A stretch of DNA of 64,000 nucleotides from Candidatus Multivoradales bacterium (lineage in GTDB: Bacteria > Acidobacteriota > Thermoanaerobaculia > Multivoradales > J023). The first letter of the stretch is position 1; the number at the start of each line of letters is the position of its first letter. Both the position numbers and the translations under genes were made by a program. Under the pieces are notes generated by a model. That model ran no database searches. It saw nothing but the letters and a program-made list of their open reading frames with translations, and was not told where the DNA came from. The stretch lies in the NCBI GenBank assembly GCA_965248925.1, contig CBDFLE010000006.1:288001-352000 (forward strand). The letters are read 5' to 3'. Positions 9,670 to 19,128 of the stretch are shown piece by piece.

Positions 9670-11613
9670 TCACACTGTGCCACCCATCGCCGGCGAGACC
9701 AGGGTGATCGACCGCTCATAGCTCTTGTGCCCCTGTTTCTCGAAAGCGTATTCATACATCTGCACCCTGCCCAGGGTGTGGCTCAGCCGGCCAAGGGCCA
9801 AGGATAGTCCGATTGGCCCGGCAAGGAAAATGTGTGCTGTGTGGTGGTCGGAGGTCAGGCCGTCGATCCGAGCGATGAGCTGTTCGGCGAGAGCGCGGGC
9901 ATGGCCACCACCTTCGACGCCGGCCTGATCGGGTGTCTCGAAGCAGGCGTAGATCACCTTATTGACAACAGGTGGATCGAGGTCTTCGCGCTTCAAGTAG
10001 GCAGCGACCTTGTCGAGAATCGAGCGCGACATCTCAATGACGATGGCAATGTCCTCGGATGCCGGGTCGAGAGGAAAATCGTCAGTGATCCGCGCCTGAG
10101 ACGCGCCGGAATCCAGCCACTTGGGAGCGTTCGGCGGCTTGGGATCGCTGAAACGCCAGAGCTCACCGCTCTGGGTCATAGTGATCTCGCGCCAATCTTT
10201 GGCTGGTAGCAAAAAACCGGCCGTGAATCCGACGCTGAGCGGCGCGGTGATGGTGAAGTGGCAGGGGCTGGTCTGCGGCAGCTTTCTTTCCACCGTATCC
10301 CGTAGGGCATCCAAGATGGGGCCATTCCAGTAACAGGGGTCACGGACAAAACGCCCGTTGAAGTATTCCTCGAGATCGATCTCGTAGTCGCTCTGCTTGA
10401 CCGCGTGCTTGCCGCGGTCCCGGGTGTTGAAGATGGCGATCTTCTTTGCCGGGACCGCCGCGAAGTCTAGGTTGAGTACCCTGCCGTCTTTTGAGCGCAA
10501 GAAGAGGACGGGGGTTGACCGTTCTAGCTCGCCACTGGCCCCCTTGCGGTCGATGGCGAGCCGGCCTTCCGTAACGGCATCGTCGATCAGCGCATTGCGA
10601 TCGAGAGCGGCATAGAAGTCTCTGGTAAAGGCAGCTGCGGCATTTTCGGAGATGCTGAACTGCATGGCGACCACCGCCGGAACGCGGCGCGCGACCAACG
10701 CCGAGGCGACGCCGGCGAACGGATGATGTCCCTTGGCGTCGGCAGTCGGAATACAGCCAGTCGAGCACGAAGCAAGGGTAACCAGGCGCACGCTGTGGGG
10801 GATCTGGCGGGCCAGATCCTCTGCCGATACGAGGTGCTCGCTACCGTCCTCGCGTTCGAGAAAGAGGGCGCCGTCGCCCTCGGAGTTGAACCCACCGTGA
10901 CAGAGAATGTGCAGCGCGTGGTAAGGAACTAGATGTGCCTCGGCATCGACTAGCTCTTGGCGGAGAGCGTCGAGAGTTGGTTCCTCCAGCAGCCGGAGCT
11001 GCAGATATCGCGCCGAGCGAATCGCGTCTTTCAACACTTTCCTATGCCACGCTTTGTCAAACTTGCTGTAGCGATGACCGGGAGAGGTCTCAGGGTTCGG
11101 CGAGGCCACCAGACCGAGAATCTTGAGCGTTGGCGCCACGTCGAGGGCGGCGATCTTGTCGGGCAGGTCGAGATAGCGGGCGATGGGGGTCTCCCGCTCG
11201 CAACCGATGAAGCGAGCGGTGCCCGGATTGTAGAGCAGCTCCCAGGGCAGGCTGCCCAGAGCATGATTGTAGGGCTGGCCGAAGCTGAGGCGAAGTCGCA
11301 AGCCCTGGCCGGAGCCGAGCGCCGCCTCGCTCTGTTGAAAGGTCTTGCCGACTGCTCCGGAGAACAGGGTGTTGTAGAGCGCGGTGCCGATCTTCCGCGC
11401 CAACTCACGCCGCCGTGACGCGTGCTGATCACCCTGAATGAGCAGGCTCTCAAATTCCTGGACCCATGCTTCGATCGCGACCTGGTCGGCCGCGCGCATT
11501 GTAAAGCGAGCACGAGGTCGGTCTCGGGGCGATTCGAGTACTCGGATCTCCGGTTTCTGGCAGCAACACTGTCCGAGCTCGATCTCAAAATCTTGATAGC
11601 TAACTGTGCTCAT
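9670..11613 (-). CDS. CHAT (caspase-like) protease fused to a C-terminal SAVED domain
   Basis: CHAT: LGSLPWELL, LHILCHG (His), VTLASCSTG (Cys), VPAVVAMQFSI. SAVED: FTITAPLSVGFTAG, DIAIVIEMSRSI, HIFLAGPIGLSLALGR, VQMYEY. Confidence 0.88.
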   Translation of the reverse strand: MSTVSYQDFEIELGQCCCQKPEIRVLESPRDRPRARFTMRAADQVAIEAWVQEFESLLIQGDQHASRRRELARKIGTALYNTLFSGAVGKTFQQSEAALGSGQGLRLRLSFGQPYNHALGSLPWELLYNPGTARFIGCERETPIARYLDLPDKIAALDVAPTLKILGLVASPNPETSPGHRYSKFDKAWHRKVLKDAIRSARYLQLRLLEEPTLDALRQELVDAEAHLVPYHALHILCHGGFNSEGDGALFLEREDGSEHLVSAEDLARQIPHSVRLVTLASCSTGCIPTADAKGHHPFAGVASALVARRVPAVVAMQFSISENAAAAFTRDFYAALDRNALIDDAVTEGRLAIDRKGASGELERSTPVLFLRSKDGRVLNLDFAAVPAKKIAIFNTRDRGKHAVKQSDYEIDLEEYFNGRFVRDPCYWNGPILDALRDTVERKLPQTSPCHFTITAPLSVGFTAGFLLPAKDWREITMTQSGELWRFSDPKPPNAPKWLDSGASQARITDDFPLDPASEDIAIVIEMSRSILDKVAAYLKREDLDPPVVNKVIYACFETPDQAGVEGGGHARALAEQLIARIDGLTSDHHTAHIFLAGPIGLSLALGRLSHTLGRVQMYEYAFEKQGHKSYERSITLVSPAMGGTV

Positions 11614-11702
11614 GCTTGAATCCCTGTCTAGAGGTATGACCGTAGGAAAGTTGATGGCAAGTGCCGCACGGGTGTCGAGACCTGCTCGCTAGCAGCCGGC
11701 GC

Positions 11703-11725
11703 CTCCCGAGAGTGGTTCTCGGGAG
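11703..11725. other. Perfect 9-bp hairpin between the small ORF and CHAT-SAVED
   Basis: CTCCCGAGA-GTGGT-TCTCGGGAG with no U-tract, so a terminator role is uncertain. Confidence 0.5.
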
Positions 11726-11743
11726 AGCTGCCTGATGCTTCAG

Positions 11744-12079
11744 TCAAGAGGTTGATTTCTTGGCTGTAGCACGAAGACCGCTCTTTGGCGGCGTAGGGTT
11801 GGCCGTGCCGTCGTCGTGACTCTTTTGCTGCCCCGGCATGGCTTCCACACCGAGGCCCGGCCGGGGACGATCCTTGGGTGCTGCCGGAAAGCTGTCATCG
11901 CCAGCGGCTGGTGCGTGCTTGCTGGTGGCACGGAGCGAGTTCGCTCCCTTGGGCTTGTCCTGACGTTCAGTTCCGCTGTCAGGCGCGCGGTCAGCGGCTG
12001 ACGGGTCAGAACTCGGGTCGGCAGCGGAGGTCGTTGGGGAAGAGCTGCTGGACGGCTTCTGCTGCGGGGCTTCGTGCAT
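11744..12079 (-). CDS. Small low-complexity, probably disordered protein
   Basis: AAGGAG lies 8 nt before ATG 12079; S/P/A/K/D-rich; co-oriented with its neighbours. Confidence 0.5.
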   Translation of the reverse strand: MHEAPQQKPSSSSSPTTSAADPSSDPSAADRAPDSGTERQDKPKGANSLRATSKHAPAAGDDSFPAAPKDRPRPGLGVEAMPGQQKSHDDGTANPTPPKSGLRATAKKSTS

Positions 12080-12214
12080 CTGGATCACTCCTTGCTTGGG
12101 GGTAGACGGCGGTCTGGGCGGGTAAGGCTGCGGTGCCTCGCCGCCGCCCCTCTGACTGCTTCGGAGTGTTGGTTCCCGCTGCGCGAGACTTCTAGGAAGA
12201 AAGTTCGAGAAAGG

Positions 12215-15200
12215 TCAGCCGTCGCCCTGGAGGACGAAGGGAGCCCAGTAGCGGGGTGCCGAGTAGCCATCCTGGGCCCGTAGCCAGCGCTGGGCATAGC
12301 GTAGCGCGGCTGCCGGAGTGCGACCGTGGGCCAGCATCTGCCGGTAGAACTCCGCCATCAGCAAAGACGCGGCGACATCGTCGACGCTCCACAGGCTGAC
12401 CAGCACCTGGCTGCTGCCCGCGTGGAAGAACCCCTGGGTCAAGCCGAGTAGCCCATCGCTACGGACTCTCTGGCCGAGGGCGGTCTGACAGCCACTCAGG
12501 ACCGTTAGATCGCTGGCCAGATGGAGGCTGTCGATCTCGTGCAGATACAACCCGCCGTCGACCTCACGACCGGCCCGATCGACCCTGGTCAGCAGCAGCC
12601 CTGAGAGTTCGGGGAAGCGCTCGTCAACCCAGGCATGGGTGGCGAAGTGGAGGATTCGGTAGGCTCCGAGATCGGCCGCCAGCACCGCCTGCTTGGTCGC
12701 CTGCCAGCCACGCAGCTGGAGCTGCTGATCGGCGGCGACTAACTCGCCAATGGCATCGGCCTCGAATGCCGTGGCCGGCAGACGAGGGAGCGGGCCATCG
12801 GGAAGGCGGTCGATGGAAACACCGCGGTCCGCTGGGACTGCGATCGCAGCCGGCTGTAGGGATCGCGGAGCTGCCGCGGAAGGCGAGTTTGCTGGTAGTC
12901 CGCCGGAGAGAAATCTTGAGTCACTAGCCGAGAAGACGGCATCGGCAAAGACCGCTACGCTCTTGTCAGCCTGCGCGCGACCTTCACGCCGCGCCCGCAA
13001 GGCAGCGAGTACCGAAGCCGAAGGAACCATGACCACTTCGAAATCTTCGAGCACCAGCCGGGGGCCGGCAGCGCCTCGATCTCCTCCTTCTGCTCGCGGA
13101 CTGGGCAGCACGCCGAAGGGAAGGTAGTGCAGCACTCCCTGGGCGATGATCAATAGGTGGCGGGTGCCGCTGGGAATGGCAGACTCCGGGAGCAACATTC
13201 GGCCCAGTTGGTCGGCGATCAAAAGCCACTGATCATTGTCCTGATCGGTGGACTTCAGGGCGGCATAGAGACCTTCGGCGTGGGCTTCCAAAACGGCTTG
13301 CGGGGGCAGGTCGAAAACCGCCAGGTGGCGAGAGGTCAGGGTCAGCAGGTGGCTCGACTCGGCACCGAGCACGTAGGTCAAGAGAACGCTCTCAGGTCCG
13401 AGCAGCGCCTGCGCCTCAGCGACAGTGATCGGCCGCGGCGATGCCAACAGCCCGCTGCTCCGTGCGGCAACTCGGCGAGTGGCGCGCTCGTCCTCCAGAT
13501 CGAGCTGTAGGTGGCGAATCTCCACCTCGATCTCGGCAACCGCAGAATCTCCGCTGGCAGGCCCTGCAGCCGCTTCCTGGCGCTTGGTGGCGAGGGCCGA
13601 AAGACGCTCCTGCAGCGCGCTCATGCGACTGTCTCGGCGAAGATTGGCCGCCATCTCGGCACCGGATCGGGTCGCCACGACCAGCTCGACGAGGCGGCGC
13701 GCACGAGTCTGGTCTGCGACCTCGAAGGCGCGCCCCAGGTCCGCTGCATCTCCCCTGCTGCGGTAGCGTGCGAGCAACAACGACACCTCCAGTGCGGCGT
13801 AGTCCTGCCACAGACCGATCGGCCGGAAACGATGTCCCTGCTCGCGGGCGCGCTCCCGCAGCGCCTCGACGATGTCGAGAGCCTTTCGAGCATGGTCCAG
13901 GGCACCGTCGAGGTCGTCGCGATGGCGGGCCAGGCGTGCCAGGCAGTAGTCGGTGTGGGAGCGGTCGTAGGCACCAACGTCGCCCTGCTCGCCGGCCTGC
14001 CCAACAGCGAGCGCGCTCAAGAAGAGCACAGCGGCTTCGGCGTGGCGGTCGGTCTCGGCGAACATGCAACCCAAGTTGGTACGGATGGTCGCCACGTAGC
14101 CCTCGGCATCCTTGAGCGAAGCGGCGATAGACGAGGCCCGCCGGTAGGATTCCTCCGCAGCCACCCGATCGCCGGTAGCGAGCAGCAGGCTACCCAGCCG
14201 ATCGAGCACGCCGGCCTCGCTCCAGCGATCCTCGTCCGCGCGGCGGAGAGAAAGCGCTTGCCGTAGGGGCTCCAGCCCCTGCTGCGACTCGCCACGCAAG
14301 TGGTGGATCCAAGCAATCGCCGCCAGAACTCCCGCCTCGCGCCGGCCAGCCCCCTCCTGCCGCACCAGCTCGAGGGCCTCGGCCAACACATCGAGCGCCT
14401 CCTGGTGATGATCGATGGTGCCTAGGGCCTCCCCCAGATTGTGCAATGCCTGGGCGGTCTCCAGCGGGTCGTCCATCGTCCGCCACAAGTCGAGCGCTCG
14501 CCGATAGCGATCCTGTGCCCGGTAGGGATCGCCAAGCTGCCAATCGACCAGTCCGCGGTTGGTCAGGGTCGCGGCTTCTCCCCGCGAATCACCGGCCCGG
14601 CGCGCCAGGGCCACGGTCTGGTCCAGGATCGTGGCGGCGCGATCCAGCTGGCCGGCTCGCGCCAGAGCACGACCTTCCCGAGCGCCAAGATTGACCCGCA
14701 GGCTGACCAGCCCGGCAGCTTCGGCGATCGCCGAGGCAGTTACGAAGCTCTCGATCGCCCGGTCCAGAAACCCGGCTTCAGCGAGCGCGTCCGCCAGCTC
14801 CCGCCAGGCGCCGGTAGCGCCGAGGGGCTCACCTGCCAAGGTCCACAGTCGGGCGGCCTCGGCGAATGCTGCGCGCTGGGCTTCGGGCTCCAGCGCCGAC
14901 CGCGCAAGGCGAAAAACTCGGGTCGCCTCGGCGCATCTTCGATCCTCCCCGGTCGCCGGACGCGAGTGCAAGATGCGCACCGCGTACCGGCCACCCGCTC
15001 GATACGGCCGGATGCCGATCTGGTAGATCCCTGCCTGGCGACTTATCCAGCAGACTCGCTCAGCGGCCAGAATGCCTAGTCGGTCGATGGTCAGGAGGGT
15101 CTGGCCATCGGGCGCCGTGACCTCGACCACTAGATCGACTTGGTCCTGGGTGGCTTGGAGCAAAACCGCGTGGCCCTGGGGAAGATCGAGCTGGTATTGA

Positions 15201-15457
15201 TGCTGGCTTCCTGATGAGAGAGAGGCAGTGCGTAGGACATCAACTTCGAGCGCGCTCTGCGGTATGACCCGTTCCGTGAGCTCGGGCAGCGCCAGGGCTG
15301 GCGATCCGGCCTGGGGCGGTTGATAGCCCGCGCGAGGATCTTCAGGGGTGCAGGCACTGAGCCCACCGAGCGCCACCAGCACAATGATAGTGGTCAGCGA
15401 ACAGCGCCGAGTCCAAAGCCGCCGGCGGCGAGCTGCTGGCGTCTCGAGGGGCGCCAT
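12215..15457 (-). CDS. TPR-CHAT domain protease, probable lipoprotein
   Basis: ATG 15457 follows the anti-sigma stop. Hydrophobic stretch with lipobox LSAC, TPR repeats (EAATLTNRG, AQALHNLG), and CHAT dyad ILHFATHA / LTVLSGCQTALG, ending YWAPFVLQG. Confidence 0.9.
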   Translation of the reverse strand: MAPLETPAARRRRLWTRRCSLTTIIVLVALGGLSACTPEDPRAGYQPPQAGSPALALPELTERVIPQSALEVDVLRTASLSSGSQHQYQLDLPQGHAVLLQATQDQVDLVVEVTAPDGQTLLTIDRLGILAAERVCWISRQAGIYQIGIRPYRAGGRYAVRILHSRPATGEDRRCAEATRVFRLARSALEPEAQRAAFAEAARLWTLAGEPLGATGAWRELADALAEAGFLDRAIESFVTASAIAEAAGLVSLRVNLGAREGRALARAGQLDRAATILDQTVALARRAGDSRGEAATLTNRGLVDWQLGDPYRAQDRYRRALDLWRTMDDPLETAQALHNLGEALGTIDHHQEALDVLAEALELVRQEGAGRREAGVLAAIAWIHHLRGESQQGLEPLRQALSLRRADEDRWSEAGVLDRLGSLLLATGDRVAAEESYRRASSIAASLKDAEGYVATIRTNLGCMFAETDRHAEAAVLFLSALAVGQAGEQGDVGAYDRSHTDYCLARLARHRDDLDGALDHARKALDIVEALRERAREQGHRFRPIGLWQDYAALEVSLLLARYRSRGDAADLGRAFEVADQTRARRLVELVVATRSGAEMAANLRRDSRMSALQERLSALATKRQEAAAGPASGDSAVAEIEVEIRHLQLDLEDERATRRVAARSSGLLASPRPITVAEAQALLGPESVLLTYVLGAESSHLLTLTSRHLAVFDLPPQAVLEAHAEGLYAALKSTDQDNDQWLLIADQLGRMLLPESAIPSGTRHLLIIAQGVLHYLPFGVLPSPRAEGGDRGAAGPRLVLEDFEVVMVPSASVLAALRARREGRAQADKSVAVFADAVFSASDSRFLSGGLPANSPSAAAPRSLQPAAIAVPADRGVSIDRLPDGPLPRLPATAFEADAIGELVAADQQLQLRGWQATKQAVLAADLGAYRILHFATHAWVDERFPELSGLLLTRVDRAGREVDGGLYLHEIDSLHLASDLTVLSGCQTALGQRVRSDGLLGLTQGFFHAGSSQVLVSLWSVDDVAASLLMAEFYRQMLAHGRTPAAALRYAQRWLRAQDGYSAPRYWAPFVLQGDG

Positions 15458-15458
15458 C

Positions 15459-16310
15459 TCATTCGGCGTAACGCAGTCGCAGGTTGTAGGCGGCAAGCTC
15501 GGTGGGCGCTGGTAGATCGGTTGTGGAGCCGGCAGAGTTGGAGCCACGGGTGCCGTATAGCCGTACGGTCCAAACACCTGCCGGCCAGCTGGACCGCTCG
15601 ACCAGGAAGGTGATGCGCCCCTGGTGATCTCGGGCCAGGTTCTCGCGACGCAAAATCTGCCGATCGTTCTCGTCATAAACCTCAGCAAAGTACCGGTCGT
15701 AGGTGGTCAGATCACCAGTTTTCAAGGTGGGAACCAGTGGGCCGGCACCTGCCGGGATCACCACCTCCCGCAGGCTCTCAGCACTGCGCAGAATGGCTGA
15801 GCCGTCCGGCGCCAGGCCAAAAACGAAGGGAGAACCAAGTTCCGCCACAGCGCTACCTTCAGGCACAAGCTTGGGAGAGCCGCTGTCGAAGGTGTCCCTC
15901 AGCACCATGCCACCTAGGGCGAGAGCCAGCAGCGCCGCGGTCAGCCAACCCCAACGCTGCCCATGGGACCAAGCGGCGGCTGGCCCTTGGCTCTCGCTCG
16001 CCCGAGCCTGCTTGAAGCGTTGCCAACTGCGGCGAGTGTCGAGTTCCGAGGGGAGCTGCGGCGATCCTTCGGGAACCACTGCGTCGAAAGCCTTGAGAGC
16101 CAGCAAATCTTCCTGGCAAGCCTCGCAGAGGATCACATGATCACCCACCTGGGCGTGCTCCGGCTCCCCGAGTCGGCCTTCCTGGTAAGCCAAGAGTGCA
16201 TCGCTTTCGGGGTGCCCAGTCAAGGCACGCTCCCGCTGAGCGGCCCAAGCCCGGGCAGCCGCTCGGAACTCTGGCTCGAGGTCGACTTGAGGGTCCTTTC
16301 GATCAGACAT
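15459..16310 (-). CDS. zf-HC2 anti-sigma factor, membrane anchored
   Basis: HP...LLAY..G.L...DHVILCEAC (HxxxCxxC), a TM segment WLTAALLALALGGMVL, and a C-terminal extracytoplasmic domain. Confidence 0.85.
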   Translation of the reverse strand: MSDRKDPQVDLEPEFRAAARAWAAQRERALTGHPESDALLAYQEGRLGEPEHAQVGDHVILCEACQEDLLALKAFDAVVPEGSPQLPSELDTRRSWQRFKQARASESQGPAAAWSHGQRWGWLTAALLALALGGMVLRDTFDSGSPKLVPEGSAVAELGSPFVFGLAPDGSAILRSAESLREVVIPAGAGPLVPTLKTGDLTTYDRYFAEVYDENDRQILRRENLARDHQGRITFLVERSSWPAGVWTVRLYGTRGSNSAGSTTDLPAPTELAAYNLRLRYAE

Positions 16311-16320
16311 AGGTCAAATC

Positions 16321-16896
16321 TCAGCGCGGCGAGCCACGGGGAGGCCGGAGAACGGCCTGGCGTAGCTTGGCGCGGGCTTGCTGGAGCCGCGAGGTTACAA
16401 GACCTAGCGGAATCCCTAGAATGGAGGCTATCTGCTCGTAGGAGCGACCGCCCGCAGCTAACACCAGCGGCTCGCGGAATTTCCCCTGTAGGTCGCCGAT
16501 TTTCCGCCGCACCAAGTTCAACTCCTGACGGTCGCTGGCCAGCAATTCCGGCCCGGCTTGGTCGTCCAGCAGCTGGATAGGTGCTCGATGGACGTCGCCC
16601 GGTAGCCGATCGAGGGGCAACTCGCTGGCGCTTCGTTTGCCGGCATAGCGAGCTTGTCGCTGTTTCAAACAACGGTTCTTGGCGATCCCAACGATCCAGG
16701 TATCGAGATCGCTGCGGCCCTGAAACTGCCCTCGATTGAGAGAGCGTTGCGCCAGAAGGAACGTCTCCTGAACCAGGTCTTCCGCATCTTCGGCCGAGAA
16801 ACCGAATCGCTGAATCTTGGCAAATAACTTGGGTAGAATTCGCCTGTGATCCGCTCGAGTGAGTTGATACCCCGACTGCCTTTCGTCGCCTGCCAT
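16321..16896 (-). CDS. ECF sigma-70 factor
   Basis: DAEDLVQETFL, TWIVGIAKN (region 2) and SYEQIASILGIPLGLVTSRL (region 4). Start is uncertain; the ORF is open to 16989. Confidence 0.92.
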   Translation of the reverse strand: MAGDERQSGYQLTRADHRRILPKLFAKIQRFGFSAEDAEDLVQETFLLAQRSLNRGQFQGRSDLDTWIVGIAKNRCLKQRQARYAGKRSASELPLDRLPGDVHRAPIQLLDDQAGPELLASDRQELNLVRRKIGDLQGKFREPLVLAAGGRSYEQIASILGIPLGLVTSRLQQARAKLRQAVLRPPRGSPR

Positions 16897-17550
16897 TCCG
16901 TTCCCAATTACCGCAGCGCCCGGCGGACAGCCACCAGCCAGCAGCACTGGCGGAGCCGCCCCTACAACCCAATCCCCTGAAATTCCCAATCTCGTTGCTC
17001 TCAGATCGACGCGTCATCATAGCCTATTGCCCCTAGTTGGCAGAAGAGGAAGAACTCGGCTCGCAAACCTGAAGAGGTCGCAGCAATCGGCTCCTCTTCT
17101 CTGTTGGTTCCCATCGGAGTCACAATCTTGAGGTACCGGCCACGAGATGCAGGCGGTCCAGGGTATCCCGCACCCCCTTCCAATCTCAGCTCTGACCTGA
17201 GCCCCCTCGCCCTGCTTTCTGGGGTCCTTCAGAGGGTCTCTCTCCATCAACAAACGAGGTGAAGTCACGCATCGAGCGAAGAACGTCACCAATGGGTGGC
17301 GCTCACCAATGCCGCGTCCGCCCCGGCTCCAGCTTGCTCGTCGAGCCAAGAGGGTAGCGAACAGGCCAATTGCCGGCCACTGCTCAGCCCAGATGGTTTG
17401 GTCCTGAACCCAGAAGGTACCGAGGGAAGCTTGACAACACGGATGGGCTAGGCCCCGCCGCTATCGGCCTCGCTGTGTGAACTCGAGGACCGGAAGGCCG
17501 ACGAAGCGGGTGGAACTGCCAGGCAGGCGAACCGCCAGCCGGCAGTCCAT

Positions 17551-17903
17551 TGCAGCCACCCGAGATTGCAGAGAAGTTCCGTCAGGTGCGCCCCACCGAC
17601 CTGGCCTTCAGCGTGGTTACGGTTCTAGAATTGCGCCACGGAGCTAAGAAGAGCCAGGCATCGCAACACACCCACCAGCGGCTCGCCGATTTCCTGGCCC
17701 CACTCTAATCCCTGCCCTTCTCGATCGAAGACGCCCTCGCCGGGGCGCGCATCCGCGCCCACCTCGACCAACGCACCACGCCAATCGGCGACTCCGACAG
17801 CCTGATCGCGACCCAGGCCGTCGCCTGCGACTTGATACTGGTGAGCAACAACCTGCGAGAGTTTGATCGCGTTCCTGGTCTGAAGACCGCCAACTGGGCC
17901 TGA
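17551..17903 (+). pseudogene. vapC: VapC/PIN toxin remnant
   Basis: Reads ...DLAFSVVTVLELRHGAKKS...LAPL*SLPF...PIGDSDSLIATQA...LVSNNLREFDRVPGLKTANWA with an in-frame TAA at 17706-17708; N-terminus not recognisable. Confidence 0.75.
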
Positions 17904-17992
17904 CTCCTTCCCCTGCCTTCCAGATTTGGGTAGTACCTCCTTGGGTCCGTCGACGATCCGTTCGCCGTGGGCACAGGTGGCAATCCTATGAC

Positions 17993-18525
17993 CTCTCAAT
18001 GCCAGCAGTGGCGACAGGGCCGGCGACCGCGACGGTCCGGCCACCCTGACCTTTCAGTTGAATTTGTCTCAATGCCAGCAGTGGCGACAGGTCCGGCGAC
18101 CCCGTGTGACACTCCGTAAGTACCGTTAAACCAAGTGTCTCAATGCCAGCAGTGGCGACAGGTCCGGCGACAGCCAAGCTCTCCGCGAAGATCGGCGAGA
18201 TCGAAGGTCTCAATGCCAGCAGTGGCGACAGGTCCGGCGACCCAACCAAAAAAGGTTACAATCTTCTTCGGTCGAAAGGGTCTCAATGCCAGCAGTGGCG
18301 ACAGGTCCGGCGACTTGAAGGAGGCTGACCTCCTTGGGCAGTCATTGAAGTCTCAATGCCAGCAGTGGCGACAGGTCCGGCGACTGGAACGGAAACCTTT
18401 GACCGGTATTAAAGCCAGAGTCTCAATGCCAGCAGTGGCGACAGGTCCGGCGACCCTCCTAGTGTTGTTGTTTAGTAGTTGTGCAGGAAAGTCTCAATGC
18501 CAGCAGTGGCGACAGGTCCGGCGAC
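17993..18525 (-). CRISPR. CRISPR array 1: 8 repeats, 7 spacers (35-38 nt)
   Basis: 35-nt repeat GTCGCCGGACCTGTCGCCACTGCTGGCATTGAGAC on the minus strand, with a GCCA/TGGC stem before the 8-nt ATTGAGAC handle; degenerate repeat at the distal end (17993). Confidence 0.98.
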
Positions 18526-18831
18526 ATCACCCAGTGGAAACCACGAGAAACAAGCGACTTATGACCCCCAATTCGACGGGTGATCGCAAACCACTGGCGA
18601 TTACCCCGTTCTGACCCGATTCTGCTCCGAACCAAGCCTCGCAAACTATTGAATCCACAGCGCTTACCTCCTTCCTGCACATGATCATGTGCATCCTATC
18701 CGGCTAAGTCCTTTGTTCTCTGTCATCTGCGCTCCATTTACGCCTCCTTGTTGGCAATTTCTCCAACCACCCGTCGAAACGAGGGGATCCGCTACCTTCT
18801 CTCATCACCCTCCGCCGATCCTCAGAGCACC
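18526..18831 (-). promoter_or_regulatory. Leader of CRISPR array 1
   Basis: Non-coding region between cas2 and the first repeat; homologous over its length to 23858-24163. Confidence 0.85.
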
Positions 18832-19128
18832 CTAGCGCACCCTCGCCAGCTCTTCGTCCGGTGGCTCGATATCACCAAAACCGACACTCTTCGCCGCGCA
18901 GCGAGAGCACACCCGGTACATCCGCACCGAGCCGTTCTCCTTGATTCGTAGAACCTTCTTCAGCCGATCCCTCAGCTTGGTCACATCAGCCTCCCGCAAG
19001 CGGCATTCAAACACCGAGTACTGCACCCGCTCGCCCCAACCCTCGAGCACGTCCGCCACCCTACACCGCACTCGGTCCGAACGGATGTCATAGGTCACCA
19101 GCCACAAGTGAGCTGTCGCTGCCATCAC
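18832..19128 (-). CDS. cas2: Cas2
   Basis: WLVTYDIRSDRVR...GWGERVQYSVFEC; overlaps the cas1 stop. Confidence 0.96.
   Translation of the reverse strand: MMAATAHLWLVTYDIRSDRVRCRVADVLEGWGERVQYSVFECRLREADVTKLRDRLKKVLRIKENGSVRMYRVCSRCAAKSVGFGDIEPPDEELARVR

Noticed and set aside
12215-15457. TPR-CHAT as type III-E Csx29 (Craspase)
   Set aside because: No Cas7-11 gene is present, the effector is multi-subunit with Cas10, and the protein has a lipoprotein signal.
18135-18614. ORFs with repeated peptides (SQCQQWRQVRR, VSMPAVATGPAT), also across 22223-23946
   Set aside because: They are translations of CRISPR repeats.
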